Shown: one piece after another, positions 1-15,523 of the stretch
Layout: each line of letters opens with the position of its first letter
Position numbering within the stretch: the first letter of the stretch is position 1
Assembly: GCF_006345805.1 (NCBI RefSeq)
Contig: NC_042998.1
Coordinates: 103,912,001 to 103,976,000, forward strand
Length of the DNA stretch: 64,000 nt
Direction: 5' to 3'
DNA from: Octopus sinensis
Taxonomy: Eukaryota
Notes under the pieces: model-generated
What the model was told of the DNA's origin: nothing
Database searches by the model: none
Seen by the model: the letters and a program-made list of their open reading frames with translations, nothing else
Translations under genes and position numbers: made by a program

Positions 1-57
1 GTACACTTATGTAACAATGTGTATGAATTTACCTAGGAATATCGCTGTCTTCTCTAT

Positions 58-97
58 GTACATACGTACATACATACATACATATATATGTATGTGA

Positions 98-132
<35 letters not shown>

Positions 133-193
133 CACACACGATCATATACACATATACATACACATATACATACACACAAATACACACACACAC

Positions 194-267
<74 letters not shown>

Positions 268-353
268 GTATATATCTATATATACGTGTTTCAGTCTGTG
301 TATGTGTGGATATGCATGTTGTGTATGCATGTATTGATACACAGGCACACACG

Positions 354-427
<74 letters not shown>

Positions 428-700
428 CACACACAAACTCACATCAGATAAACATATCATTTTGCTTCTGCTTGCAAGTTAGCATATTTGTACTTACCTA
501 TAAATATGTGTTTAAACATGCATATTTATCTCTTCAATATAAAATAATGCGTACGTGTATGTGTGAGAGAGTCTGTGTGTGTGTGTGTGAGTCTCTGCGC
601 ATGCGTGTGTGCTCCTGTGTGTGTATGTGTGTGTGTGTGCGTAAGTGCATGTGTGTGTGCGTGTGTTGTAGTGTTACAGTTGTTCAGATTCTGCTGTGCT
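58..700. repeat. Compound (TA)n/(CA)n/(TG)n microsatellite block
   Basis: Directly visible dinucleotide arrays; explains the low-complexity ORFs at 29-750. Confidence 0.95.
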
Positions 701-969
701 GGTTGTTTAATATATTTGTGATAATTTGCAATATTCATCCAATTTTATAAAACTAATCTTTCTCGTTGGTTAGTTTATCAAACATAATTTCATTTACTCA
801 TACAGGTAAAATCATCGCAAGTAATCGACATAAATTTGCATTTCAATTACGCGCACGCACACACACATACAACATATACACATGTATGTATCTATATACA
901 AAACTTCATAAATGCATTTAACGTATATTTATATATAAATGCGTGTACGTACGTACGTGCGTACGTAAG

Positions 970-1253
<284 letters not shown>

Positions 1254-1639
1254 GTTTGTGCTCAATCACTTTTTTACTAAAAGCCGTTATTGACCTGGAC
1301 CAGTACTGAGGCTTCGTTTTAAAGATTTTAGTCGACTATACAGAACTTCGAACAAAACCTTTTACTTACTTCAGAGTTATACGAAATATATATATTAGCC
1401 GTTTGGGTAAGAAGTGATTAGAGAATACAGCTGTTTCTGTTCGAATGTACCGGGTTTCAAAACAAGGTATATCCTTATCCAGTATGTCATTCTTTTTCAA
1501 GTAGTTAGGTTATGAACTGTGGAAATTGTGGTTGCTTTTCCTAGCGATTATGTACAGGTTCTTCGTGTTCATGCATTTAAAGTTGTTTGGTGTAGATGGA
1601 AAATGGCGACTTCTAATACTATCCATTCATTTCTACTCT

Positions 1640-2002
1640 TGTCACAAGGCCCGCAATTTTGGGGGAGGAGCCAGTCGATTACATCGACCCCATTACGCAA
1701 CTTGTACTTAATTTATCTACCCCGAAATGGTGAAATGCAAAGTCGACCTCGGCGGAATTTGAACTCAGAACGTAATGACAGACGGAATACCTATTTCTTT
1801 ACTACCCACAACGGGCTGAACACATAGAGAACAAACAAAGACAGACAAACGGATTAAGTCGATTATATCGACCCCAGTGCGTGCATAACTGATACTTATT
1901 AATCGACCCCGAAAGGATGAAAGGCAAAGTCGACCTCGGCGGAATTTGAACTCAGAACGCAGCGGCAGACGAAATACCGCTAAGCATTTCGCCCGGCGTG
2001 TA
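1640..2002 (-). mobile_element. tRNA-derived SINE family B (octopus OR/OK-type), two adjoining parts
   Basis: Core gcaaagtcgacctcggcggaatttgaactcagaacg occurs twice (about 1737 and 1924) and is the reverse complement of the core in the copies at 43555 and 48224. B-box-like GTTCAAATTC. Confidence 0.8.
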
Positions 2003-4086
2003 ATTCTATCCCTTCTAACGAAACCTGGACTCATTTTTGTACTTTAGGGCAATTGTTTATTGGAATGTTCTTTCACAAAAGCAGCTGAGACAGATTTTTG
2101 TTGTCCGAGTATATAACATTTTTAATATTATTATTTCTAAATAAAATTTTTCATCTATTGTGTATTTAATGGCTTCTTGTCCTAATTCAATGCTTAAAAT
2201 GTCACATCATTTATAATTAATTTCTCCTAATTAATTCACTTTCTCATTCTAATTAATTCATATTAGTTCGTATTCATGAAATTAATTCTCAGCAAACATA
2301 AGTGTGACACTTTAATGCATTAGATATACTGTAGAATAGCCTGATAGCTAGTGATTAAGTGACCACATATTTAGTTGTCCAACTCATATGTAATGAGGAT
2401 GAACTCTCCATTTGCCTCTCTCAAAACATTTATATAGCTTTATCTAACACGAAGAGACGATAGATGCACTTTGGTTTAAACGGTTATATGATCGACTTTT
2501 ATATGACATGTTGTTATTGTTGTTAATGTTTATTGGTATGGTCTATTGGAGTAAGAGCCATAGCCCACGTAAATATGCCGTGGTCGTTGGGATCGGCATT
2601 TGCTAATGTTTCTCTGAAATACTTATAACGGGAGAACAGCAGGAAATACACGGGATCAGAAAGGAGTTTATTGAGAACTAATTTCCTTGGGTGTAAGAGA
2701 TTAGTGATAAGATCTGTTGTTTAATCTATCTTAATTAATGTTAGAATTTGAGTGCACTACGTTACTATCTATCAGCTGAATGCCAAGTGAGCAATGAATC
2801 TATCTATAATCTTAATGTGATATTATTTAATTCCCTGCTACGAAACAGTGATTGATTTGATATTTGGTGAGCTACAATTGTTAGTATATTGCGGTTTTCC
2901 TAATATATATTAATATGTTAATCTTCGTAAGCTTTCTATATATTTAACAATACACATATAGACGCATATATATGTCAATAACAATAAATGGTAAATACAA
3001 TTGAGGAAATCTAAAAGACATTTGCGATCTGAAATTGCCTACTAAAATATTATCCTTACAATGTTGTTTCCTTGTAAAATCATATCTAAGTTACTGTCGC
3101 AGTGTATGGTATGATTCTCTAATATAAAATAAAAAGCATTCAATTTGTGAAAGAAGAATGTTATTTGAGATATATGCGGTAACTATTTTTCGCAGCTTGA
3201 GAGACGCTTATGGAATCAAACACATATTAATAGTAGTGTAAACTATGTACATACATTTACACACGCATACACACGCATACATACATATATATATTTATAT
3301 ATATATATATGCGCAGACATGCATATATATATATGTATGTATATATATATGTATATATATATATGTATGTATGTATATGTGTACAGATAGATAGATAGAT
3401 AGATAGATTTATCGCAGGGAATGGTAATATTAAGTCTGGGTACTCTGTCAAAAGACACAGTACGATAATTCCAAAATGAAATCTCTACTCTCTGTTCAAT
3501 GTCTTCTAAGCGAAAAGTTTAGGAGAAAGTATTCTGAAAAAAAAAAAATTAAGACTCACGCTTCAAATTATTTCTGATCATCTTTCTTTTACCTATCAAT
3601 GGGTATTTGGATATGGATACTCAAAGAGCGGTATGCGTGTTATGTAAGTTATAATTCAACGATGTAGAGTTATCTCCTCATCACATTTAATTAGTTTCTT
3701 TTAACTGTCTTTGAGTGCCTGAGCTATGACTAATGAGCCATTTATCATCTAACAGGAAGTAATTATCATGTGTGTATACGTGTAAGTGCGAGTGTGTATT
3801 AACATTTGTAAACGTATATTTCGAGGCATGAATATAGATTTACTCATTATTACAAACGGATTATGAAAGTATTTATTGCAAAATTAAGGATTGATTCATT
3901 GGAAAACATAGTGAACTTCACATTCACATTACAGAAAATATTATTCATATCTACGAAATACTTTAAAGTATTTAAAATTAAAATTTCAGTATCCAATAGT
4001 ATTAAATAAGAATCAGTGTCTTTGATTTACATGCTTTTAAAGTTCATGCTTGATTAGACGTGATCGAAATTTTATTTCGAGATTAT

Positions 4087-5358
4087 TTAATTCTTGCTCA
4101 TTATGGTGGCTTGCGGATAGTTTGTAACGATTTGTGTTGGTTGCATTCCTCCGTCTGATTCACTACCGGAGTCTCCACCACTTATGTTGCCTTGCTGGTC
4201 ACCGATACATGTTCTAGAACTGTGGATCTTTATGTGTTTACTAAGATGATCGCTCCGTGTAAATCGCCTATTGCACATAGGACATGTAAATCTCTTTTCG
4301 CCAGTATGAGTACGAAAATGGCGCTGAAGCTCATCAGATCTCGAGAATCTTTTCCCACAAAAGAGCCAGTTACAAACGAACGGACGCTCACCCGTATGCC
4401 AACGAAGATGAGCTTTCAAGTGTGAAGATTTGCTGTAAACTTTACCACATCCTGGTACATGACAATTGTGAATTAATGGTTTTTTCAAATGTTCTGTTGA
4501 TATTCCATGTTTGCTAAATTCTTGGCAATTAGGACATTCACAAATAGATCGGCTAGCTAACTGTCGACGATGTGAATGTGAGTATGTGCCTTCTAGGTTG
4601 TGTTTTCCGTTTAAGTAGGAACTAAGTGAGACGGGATATGAAACCTGATTGGACATATGCATCATGGCCGTTGAATGAGAAAATCCTGAGAAAAGCTGAT
4701 GACCTATTTGGTGACTTGATGAAAAATAAATGTCTGGAAATGTATTGACCAGCGAATCTAAGATTTGGTAATTTCTTGTTTGTTGATGACAGGGCAAATG
4801 GTTACCATAATTATTTGGTGTTACACAGTACCTATTTCCTCCGGAAGTTGCAATAACCTCTGCCGTACTGTACCAATTTTGAGAGGACTTGTGTAATTGG
4901 AGCCAAGTCGACTGCGATATACCAGCATTTATATCCACCGGCGTTTTCAAATCAGAAGTTGCATTACCAAATATCCCAAATGGCATTGTGTCAGGAACTC
5001 TCTTATAAACATTTTGTCCGTGGCAAATAGAATTCTGAGAAGATTTAGTGTCACTGTTTAAAACTGCTGCGTCATCCAACTTCAATGACCGGTTCGAATT
5101 CGCCACGGGCCCTGCTGTGGTACTAGTAAGAAATATTGAACTGAACATATTTTCGTAAGACGATGCTGCTGCAATAGCAGCTGCAGCAGCCGCTGCTGCT
5201 GTAGTTGTGGCAGCAGTTGCTGCAGCGGCACTGAGCGAATCGATGTCGGATGTTAGTGTAGAGGCATATTCTGATGTGGTTGTAGAACAAGTTTGTGAAG
5301 TGGGGGAAGATAAAAGAGCAGAGGTGTTATCTACACTGAGAGGAGATTGAAAGGACAT
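4087..5358 (-). CDS. Sp-family (Sp6-9/Sp8-Sp9-like) C2H2 zinc-finger transcription factor, 423 aa, uninterrupted ORF
   Basis: Buttonhead box CECPNCQE directly upstream of three Sp-type fingers: [87 protein letters not shown] in finger 2, CPxCNxRF..SDHLSKH in finger 3 and the acidic C-terminal SGSESD fit Sp6-9 better than Sp5 or Sp1-4. The N-terminus is Ser/Thr-rich with poly-Ala. In-frame stop at 5425-5427 upstream of the ATG. Confidence 0.93.
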   Translation of the reverse strand: MSFQSPLSVDNTSALLSSPTSQTCSTTTSEYASTLTSDIDSLSAAAATAATTTAAAAAAAAIAAASSYENMFSSIFLTSTTAGPVANSNRSLKLDDAAVLNSDTKSSQNSICHGQNVYKRVPDTMPFGIFGNATSDLKTPVDINAGISQSTWLQLHKSSQNWYSTAEVIATSGGNRYCVTPNNYGNHLPCHQQTRNYQILDSLVNTFPDIYFSSSHQIGHQLFSGFSHSTAMMHMSNQVSYPVSLSSYLNGKHNLEGTYSHSHRRQLASRSICECPNCQEFSKHGISTEHLKKPLIHNCHVPGCGKVYSKSSHLKAHLRWHTGERPFVCNWLFCGKRFSRSDELQRHFRTHTGEKRFTCPMCNRRFTRSDHLSKHIKIHSSRTCIGDQQGNISGGDSGSESDGGMQPTQIVTNYPQATIMSKN

Positions 5359-6130
5359 ATTCGTCTGTTCTTTAAACTGTTTGATTGATCGACTGATTGA
5401 TTGACTGATTGATTGATGTAGTAATTACTGGACACTGAAACTACTTAATTATGGCGAATGGCGAGTTACAACAACTCTACTTTCTTAGACGATCAGAAGT
5501 AACAAAAAATTATAACTTTGTACAACTTAAAGGCAAAAATGTTACTCTTTTTTGTTCACATTACGTGTATTGTTTAAATCTTCCTTCTATTTATCATGTT
5601 GTGGGAATTGATCATTAGTAGTTCTTGTTCATAATGCTGTTGCTGTTATTGTTGTTATGGTTGTTGATGAGGTTCTTCTCGTTGTTACTGACATAGAGAA
5701 TGATAGGAGCTATACAGTTAGTAATATCGTCGATAGCTGCAAGCAAATTCAATTCAGCGCTGCTGCAGTAGACACTGTGGGATACTAAATGTCATATATT
5801 TCTGCTTTCGATTTCACATTTCTTACTGTTCTTGCTCTTACTGTTATTGTTCTTGCTGAAGTGTTTGTTGATGCGCGGTGTGCGTGTGTCTATGTCTATG
5901 TATTTGTGCGTATTCATATATATACACACACACATGAGTGCGTGTATGCAATTATGTATATATACATGTGTGTATGTGTGTGCGTGTGTGCGTGTGTGTG
6001 GGCGTATGAGAGTATGTATGGGTATGGTAGTGCGATGCGAATGTGTATGTGCGTGTTTGTATATGTGTGTGAATCTATGCGCGCGGTGTGTGTGTGTGTG
6101 TGTGTGCGTGTGTGTGCGCGTGTGTGTGTG

Positions 6131-6167
<37 letters not shown>

Positions 6168-6800
6168 GCTGCTCAAATAGCCGACTTGGAAACTATAAGC
6201 TGGTGTCCTAAATATTGTTCATAGAGTTAATGAGTTAAATTGGGTTGTTTTTTTTATCATTTACCGTTTACTATTATCATTGTGATACTATTGTTTTCTG
6301 TATCTTTTCCTGTATATATTTTGTGTTGTTTTACCGATTCACTCTTGTTATAGTCTTTGCCGTCGTATCTAACTTTGGCTTGATTCTCTAATACATTAAT
6401 TATAGAGTAATGTTATCCTTATTGCTACTCCTCTTCTACTATTAACGTCCATCAAAACTGGGATTACTTTCCTTGCTAGTGCTGGTGTTCTGGCGATGGC
6501 GATTAAATGGTTCCTTTTTCTTAAGTATTATGTTAGACATACATTTGTAAGTGTTGTTCATGTGAATGGAGATGCATCTCATGTCGGCGCTCTGACAGAT
6601 GCATTAACGTTATGAAGTTTGCTTCTTATTTTTCCTTATATCCAGAATGAAGATATACTGATTCCCTGCAAATTATAAAAAGAAAGAAAGAATTAACTAC
6701 ATACAGTACTGCATTATATGTATATATACACAGACATACACTTTCAATACAATACAATACAATACATATATACACACACGCGTACAAATATACATACATA

Positions 6801-6834
<34 letters not shown>

Positions 6835-7764
6835 GAATATAAGGGGACATATTCTATGCGTATGTTATTGAATACATGACTGAGTTCAAGCTTTCTTTTT
6901 TATATTTTAGATATATCGTATTTTCTTATTTGTTGTTTTCACCCTTGATTTGGGACAATATATTTCCCAAGCCCATATTCGACGTTTCCAGAGCTTCACA
7001 GTCGCATTTGTAATAATTGCATATATTTGATGTCTGTATTCTTTCTATACACTGATTGAATTCATGTTAACTCTCTCTCCAAAATCGTTTGAATACTAGT
7101 TTCAGGCATCGGTAGTCTTATGTATATTTTTGTGATGTATGTGCGTGTTAATTATGACATTACCTTGTTATAAGTGTATGGTTTCCATTATTTAATCTTC
7201 TCTATTTATTGTGTGGAAATTTATATAGTATATGAATATTTTCCTCATGTATTTTCCTACCTAATTTTGTTTTGTACTGTATGATGTAATACTGTACAAT
7301 AGCACTACGTTACAAATGGTGAGCATACGTGAGTTTGCTGTAATTGTCAGTCTGTAATTGTATTTAACTGCCCAGGTATTATACTAGCGTTGCAATCGCA
7401 ACGGTTAGTAATCGGTGCAACTGAAACATGTGTAGATCTATGTGAAGCTGTATATGTAAAAAGAATTAAATGTAAAACTTTGCCACTTTGGTATAATCCG
7501 TATTATTATCATTGTTTATATATATATATGACGAGAAAGAGAGATGGGGGAGCAGAATTATGCCGATAAACAAATTAGACATCAAATATATTAAATTTAT
7601 TAAATGCATCGAATACGAATTGTGTATATATGTATACATGCAAAACGAGGGAAAGCAAAAAGTGTAAACTTTCAGATAATGAATTTTTATGTATAAATAT
7701 ATTGACGTTTATATTGATAGGTCTAACTTACAGAGTATAAAGGAGGGTAAGAAAGTTGGTTTAA

Positions 7765-7890
7765 GTCCAACAGCTGTTTCTGAGGGCTCGACGATCCATA
7801 AAAATATTGGTAGATTTACTTCATCACAATATGCAATCATATAGATGCAATTAACATTGGATGAGACGAGCTTCCGTCATCAGGGTAGAG
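7765..7890 (-). ncRNA. Type-I hammerhead ribozyme-like motif with long stem II, partly degenerate
   Basis: Minus strand: acc-CTGATGA-cggaagctcgtctcatcca...tggatcgtcgagccctca-GAAA-CAGCTG-TT-ggac. Core intact, stem II arms gctcg/cgagc and atcca/tggat, palindromic stem III. Stem I only 2 bp. Confidence 0.55.
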
Positions 7891-7994
7891 AAGATTTTAT
7901 TTTTTAGACAGTCAAATTTGAATCTTTTGAGCACTACCACGTGTCTTCTATACGAAGAATCTCTGGATCTCGTGTGCAAACTATATATGTATAG

Positions 7995-8044
<50 letters not shown>

Positions 8045-9404
8045 CTCATTAAGAAATCTAATAACGTAATAGAAACAGATATATACTACAAGCCTAAGGA
8101 TTCCAAGCAATATCTTCCATTCAATTCATGCCACCCCAGACACACCAGAATAAATATCCCCTTCAACCTAGCAAAAAGGATATGTACTATAGTTTCTAAT
8201 GCAAGCACCGGAGACACACGACTACATGAACTAAAGAACACACTCATCACCAAGAACTATCCACCTTCACTAATTGACATATGCTTTCAACGTGCCCTTC
8301 CACTCAACATCCAGGAACTCAGACATCCCAAATTAAAGAAAAATTTACAACCAAAAGCCTTACCATACATTTCCACACACAACCCTCTCAACAATGAAAC
8401 CTTCGACACCATCCTCCAAAAAGGATCACAGAATGAACTTAATCCTCCAAACACACACCATCATAAAAAGCAAGAGACAGCCCAAATCTATGAAAAGTCT
8501 CTTAACACAAGCCCGAATACGCTCAACAACACAGAAGCCGTCAGTAAAAAAATGTGGAAGACCCAATTGTGGGATATGCGATTATCTAATTGAGGGATCA
8601 GAGTTCTGCTTCAAACAGGGACAACGTTTCACAGTGAAAAGCAACTTCACATGTGCTTCGGAGAACCTGATATACACACTAACCCGCTCTGGGCGTCAAG
8701 AGCAATACATAGGCCAAACAAAAAATAGTTTACGTGAAAGAATGGCCCTGCACAGATCCCAGATAAAAATTCCCCAAAACAGAAAAATAGCATTCAGCCA
8801 ACACATCGACATTTGTGTCAACAACAAAAATCCAAGCTTCAGAATTATTCCCCTCTAACAATTCAAGGACGATACAACCTGGAGCCAACGAATTAGTAAA
8901 GAAACTCTCTTTATTACAAAATGCAATCCCCTTCTAAACCCGTCTACGACAAATGACATATCCACCTCGGCCTTAGAATAACACAAATACACACGCAAAT
9001 ATTAAAAATGATACATTCAAGAGATTCTTCTTCTTCTTCTTCTTCTTCTTCTTCTTCTTCTTCTTCTTCTTCTTCTTCTTCTTCTTCTTCTTCTTCTTCT
9101 TCTTCTTCTCCCTTCTCCTTCCTAACTTTATCACTAATGCTCTTTAGAATATTCTATTAACAAAACATTCAAAAGAAATATTTTCATGAATTGAACAGGG
9201 ACTGCTACCAAACACTGACCATTCAAAATACTATTATCATGGCACTCCCAATTTATTATTATTCCCCTTCTCCCCCACCTCCTTCCTTTTTTTCTTCTTC
9301 TTCCCTACCAAGAATTCACAAGGACCTTGAACTCATAAGAGTAATCAAGAGAGACAGAGACAGGCAGAAACAAGGAAAATGCCACTTATATTTGAACACT
9401 ATTC

Positions 9405-9786
9405 TCTCTTTTACTCTTCCTCTTTTACTTGTTTCAGTCATTTGACTGCGGCCATGCTGGAGCACCGCCTTTAATCGAGCAACTTGACCCCGGGACTTAT
9501 TCTTTTGTAAGCCCAGTACTTATTCTATCGATCTCTTTTTACCGAACCGCTAAGTAACGGGGACATAAACACACCAACATCTGTTGTCAAGCAATGCTAG
9601 GGGGGAAAACACAGACACACAAAAACACACACGCATATATATATACATATATACGACGGGCTTCTTTCAGTTTCCGTCTACCAAATCCACTCACAAGGCT
9701 TTGGTCGGCCCGAGGCTATAGTAGAAGAACCCGGAATCATGTGGTTGGTAAGCAAGCTACTTACTACACAGCCACTCCTGCGCCTA
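9405..9786 (-). mobile_element. tRNA-derived SINE family A (octopus OR/OK-type)
   Basis: Reverse complement of the plus copy at 46222-46605 (ggtgctccagcatggccgcagtcaaatgactgaaacaagtaaaaga tail; gtggctgtgtagtaagtagcttgc head). Confidence 0.85.
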
Positions 9787-9850
9787 TACAAATATTCTTT
9801 TAAATAAACTTTTCTTTTAATTTTTTCTAAATTTAATTATTTAATTGTTA

Positions 9851-9886
9851 CAGTTGAAAAAGTCTCAATAACTGAAACCGGTACTG
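9851..9886 (+). ncRNA. Minimal type-I hammerhead ribozyme, U3-A8 core variant
   Basis: CAG-TTGAAAA-AGT-ctcaata-ACT-GAAA-CCGG-TA-CTG: stem I CAG/CTG, stem II AGT/ACT, palindromic stem III CCGG, GUA cleavage triplet. Lies at the 3' end of the PLE. Confidence 0.65.
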
Positions 9887-9967
9887 AAATGTTTTTTATA
9901 GAATTATTTTAGCATTTTCTATCTTGACTTTTTTTCCATATATATCAACTCGTGTGTTCCTTTTCAT

Positions 9968-10042
<75 letters not shown>

Positions 10043-10054
10043 ATATATGTATGT

Positions 10055-10107
<53 letters not shown>

Positions 10108-10162
10108 ATATATATAAGTGTGTATGTATATATATGTATATATATGAATATATATGTATATA

Positions 10163-10252
<90 letters not shown>

Positions 10253-10789
10253 CATATATGATACATATATACATACATAATTTCGGGTGTGAATGTATGA
10301 GTGTGTGAGGTAATTCCAGACTGTAGTCGTCGAACAAAAGTAGATTCCCAGGAGTTTTGCTCATCTCAATTATGTCCATGCCTTTCCTTTTTCCATGTTT
10401 AATTTTGTAACAGACATACTACTGGAGGTGAACTCTTGATAATGTTGTCCATAAATGTGGTCAATAACCGGAGGTTTAAAACAGTAAGAGGAACAAAAAT
10501 AAAAAAAAATGTTAAATGCTTAAAATTCAGATTTTAACTTTCTTTACTATATTTACTAAACACACTTAAGCAAGACAATAAGGTATACTGTTGTAAAGAT
10601 TGCTTTCTAGTTATTATTATAAGTATATTTGTAAACACATAATTAATAAAGATATTCAGAGTTGATTATGGATGGAAATATCAAAGGGAAGATTATTAAG
10701 TTTCATTTAAGCATAATGAGTACACGGTATGTGTTGGAAAGTTGAAAAATTATACAACCATATGTGCATACATATATACGTAAATATAT

Positions 10790-12120
<1,331 letters not shown>

Positions 12121-12130
12121 GTCTGTGAGC

Positions 12131-12210
<80 letters not shown>

Positions 12211-15200
12211 AATGTATGCAAATGAAAATGTAAGCATAATGTTGTACAGGCGAGCTGAAATATTTTTGTTTATATATAATTATTTTTGGCGAATAACTTT
12301 TCAGACTTTAATTAAATTTTCCCACTCACGAAGTCTGTTCATACATGATTTTAAATAAAGAAAACTTACTAAATGTTAAAACAGGGCTTTGAATATAATG
12401 CTTTGCATCATAGATACCTGTTTGTGGTGTAAGTCTCATGGCTAACTTATTGGCTACGAAGACATGGGTTTATAGTTGTCACGCATGTTTTATTTCGCTA
12501 ATTAATCCAGAGTGTCATCAACATAAAAATCGTTTGAAACGAAACATACCCTGGATCGACATATTCCAGATCCAGTCAGGCTGAAATTATTGAGCATGAT
12601 ATACAAACCATTGTTTTGATTCTCATCGTTTACATTGCACAAGAGGATTTGTTCTATATGATACTTTTCTTTTATTTAAAAGTTCGAAATGATAGACCAA
12701 TATATATATTGCTAAGCTAGGCAAAGATGACACTGTCTAGCTCTGTTTATATTTTCATGGGGCACAAAAAAATTGAGTTTTGGTTGTGTATTTTTTATGC
12801 TATGGTCTTATTAACAAACGGGCTCATACGTTGATGGCGATTCTTCTAGAAATAAGAGACACATTTCCCTAGCAGTGCATTTCTCTAGCAGTTCTTTCAT
12901 TAGTTCAATTATTCCTGAGAGAAGACCGTTTCAGTGACATTGTTAATTGTTATGGTTTAGTTACAGGATAGCATTAAATGACTAGATCTATGATCAAGGG
13001 CATCCACATCATGACCATACTGTCTTTCCTTAAGATCTAATTTAAAATAAATTTATCGGTTTAGTACTAGTGAGTGGAACGAACTCATATAGACTCGAAT
13101 TATAAATGAATAAGTAAATTTGGGGCAACTTGAAAGTGTTGTTTCGTCCCAATTCTGACGTGAGTATACCTATGTTCAAGGACATTCTAGCCTTGTCCAT
13201 CTCATCCTTATTCTTTATCCTTCTTTCATGATGGCAGGCCAGCGTTCCAAAAGATGTAGCTGTTGTTTCTAGAAGATCAAGAGTCTACGTAGTTACACCC
13301 ATTGTTTCGTTGGTTGTTCATTTTTGACTGCTATAGACATTACATTCTATATTTTCATCATGAGCAATCAGGGTTACCTGACATTTCTCAAACTGGAAAT
13401 ATTCGTATCTATGATTTAACCACCTTGTCTACTACAATATAGTACGAAATTGCTACGAAGCTTATAAAATTTTATGTAACTATTGCCTTAATGAATACAG
13501 AAAAGAAATGATATCAACATTAGGTTAGTAAGAGTTACTGCAACAGAATATTTTTAAGTTTTATGTATGCGACATTTATTTATTTATTTTATGTAATATA
13601 TTTAACTTCATTTGAGTCATCCATTAAGTGACTGTTGTTTACAATAACTACTGTTAGGATATAATAATAAATTCTGTTTTATGGAGTCTGAAAATAATAT
13701 CATTCTAAAATAACATACATGTATAACTTCAATAATGTTTGCTATAGAAATACAGCAAGGAAGAACTATTAAATAGTCAAGAATTATTAACATGAAAGAA
13801 TATTATCACATCTAGTCAAGGTTGATAAAAATATAGAAACTTTACAACGCTGTTCAAATGATTTTCTTGGAAAACCGATTATTAATTTGACTTAATTTCA
13901 TCAAAAATCTAGACAGGCTCTTAACTGATCTCATTCTAATATCGTTCATGGCATTTTCGAGATTATTCATAATGACAATGAGGAAAACAAAGTGTTAATG
14001 GAATATGTATACGCTGCATACAAAGTATTAGCGAAAGAATTTGAAATATTTATGTGCAAATAATTACTAAAGCTTCATTTCTATATATTTGGCTGTGATA
14101 TAAAGTGCTGTACTCATATAATGTAGAAAGCAAAAAGCATTTCATTGTTTTCATATATATAATAAATAGGACATTGCCTTTTACATACATATTTCATCCA
14201 TTTGAAAGTCTTTTCATAAATTCAGCTTTAAATTTAACCACTTCAATGCTTTCTTGTATTTTTCATTGGTTGCAAGCTCCCATACTGTTGGATATTGAAA
14301 TAATTATTTTAAAAATCGTACGTAAATGCAAACATATATAAATCCTTATATACACTTAAATTTGAATATAAATCCACACATTCCTTTTAAATTTACAAAC
14401 AAAAGAATATCAAAACAATTCCTTTTCTGTTTTTCCGTTTTGCAAGCAAATATATAATTTACTTGTAAATTAAAAAAATAAAACATTTTACATCAAAATA
14501 TCACTAACAATTTAATAACATGCATTTTGTTGCTAATCGATTATCTGCCACTAGCTGTTGATTTTGTTCTTCATTCTCTCACAATTCTCTCAAAAATATG
14601 AAATCTTCTGGCTATACCTTATGTTGAAGTTTGCTTAATATAATGCAAGTTATGAATCGATAAACGGTAATTTTTTTTTATTTCCTATTTTGTCTTTTTG
14701 CTTTCCTCTATCAATAACATATATATTTATTTTCTATAAATTTTCAAATGACTATTCACAGAGAAAATTCATTTGTCAGGTATTTTTTTGAATTTTTTTA
14801 CTACGTAACCACGAATGTATAAACAGGTATACGTGTTAAAAATCATACACGAGCGCGCATGCACTCACACATACACACACATATACACACACATACACAC
14901 GTACACGCAGCCACACGTATACACACTCACTCACTCTCTCACTCACATACATACATACGCACATACAGACATATTATACCACATTCAAAGATAGAAGAAC
15001 GCATAAACACACGTGTACAGATTGAGAGAGAGAAATTAATAAATAAATGAAGAGATAGAACCACGACACAACCGTATACATATATATGTGTGTGTATGCA
15101 TGCGTGTATGTAAATATGTTTATATGCATGGAAGTATGCATTTATGTACGTAAGTATGTATATGTATATAAAATTCACACACATACACATATACGCGTAT

Positions 15201-15523
15201 CTCTGAGTAGCGGTAGTGTGATTATATAGAGAAAATAGGCCCTTGTATATACGTTGAGAGTATAGTTTTTATGTTTGTAAGCATGAACATATATATGCAT
15301 ATTCTTTGTTGATTTCTCCTAGCAGACCACAAGTTATGCTCAGTTTGACTGCATTAATGGGGACACCAAAAAGAAGAAAACACGAGATGATCGGTCCAAG
15401 AGCCCATGGCGCTTTCAATATTCCAGACACATCGAAACCATAAGCCCCAGGGGGATAAAAATGAAAATAACGGCGATGAACTGACACCGATGGCAGAGGC
15501 TTGCTGATTTATCATTATTATCA

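Larger units (their letters stand above)
8045..9970 (+). mobile_element. 5'-truncated Penelope-like retroelement (RT C-terminal/thumb region + GIY-YIG endonuclease, frameshifted) with 3' HHR motif
   Basis: From 8045 the frame reads IETDIYYKPKDSKQYLPFNSCHPRHTRINIPFNLAKRICTIV (PLE RT C-terminal motif). After a frameshift near 8400 comes KKCGRPNCGIC...FTCASENLIYTLT...EQYIGQTKNSLRERMALH (GIY-YIG). Flanked by (TA)n on both sides and interrupted by a SINE at 9405-9786. Confidence 0.88.

Noticed and set aside
4192-4425. 77-aa plus-strand ORF overlapping the zinc fingers
   Set aside because: Antisense shadow of the Sp CDS.
6965-7005. Minus-strand CTGTGA...GAAACGTC hammerhead-like string
   Set aside because: Core lacks A6 and neither stem I nor stem II pairs.
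7380-7440. Hairpin tactagcgttgc/gcaacggttagta followed by GAAACATGTGTA
   Set aside because: No recognisable 5' core or stem I; at most a fossil.
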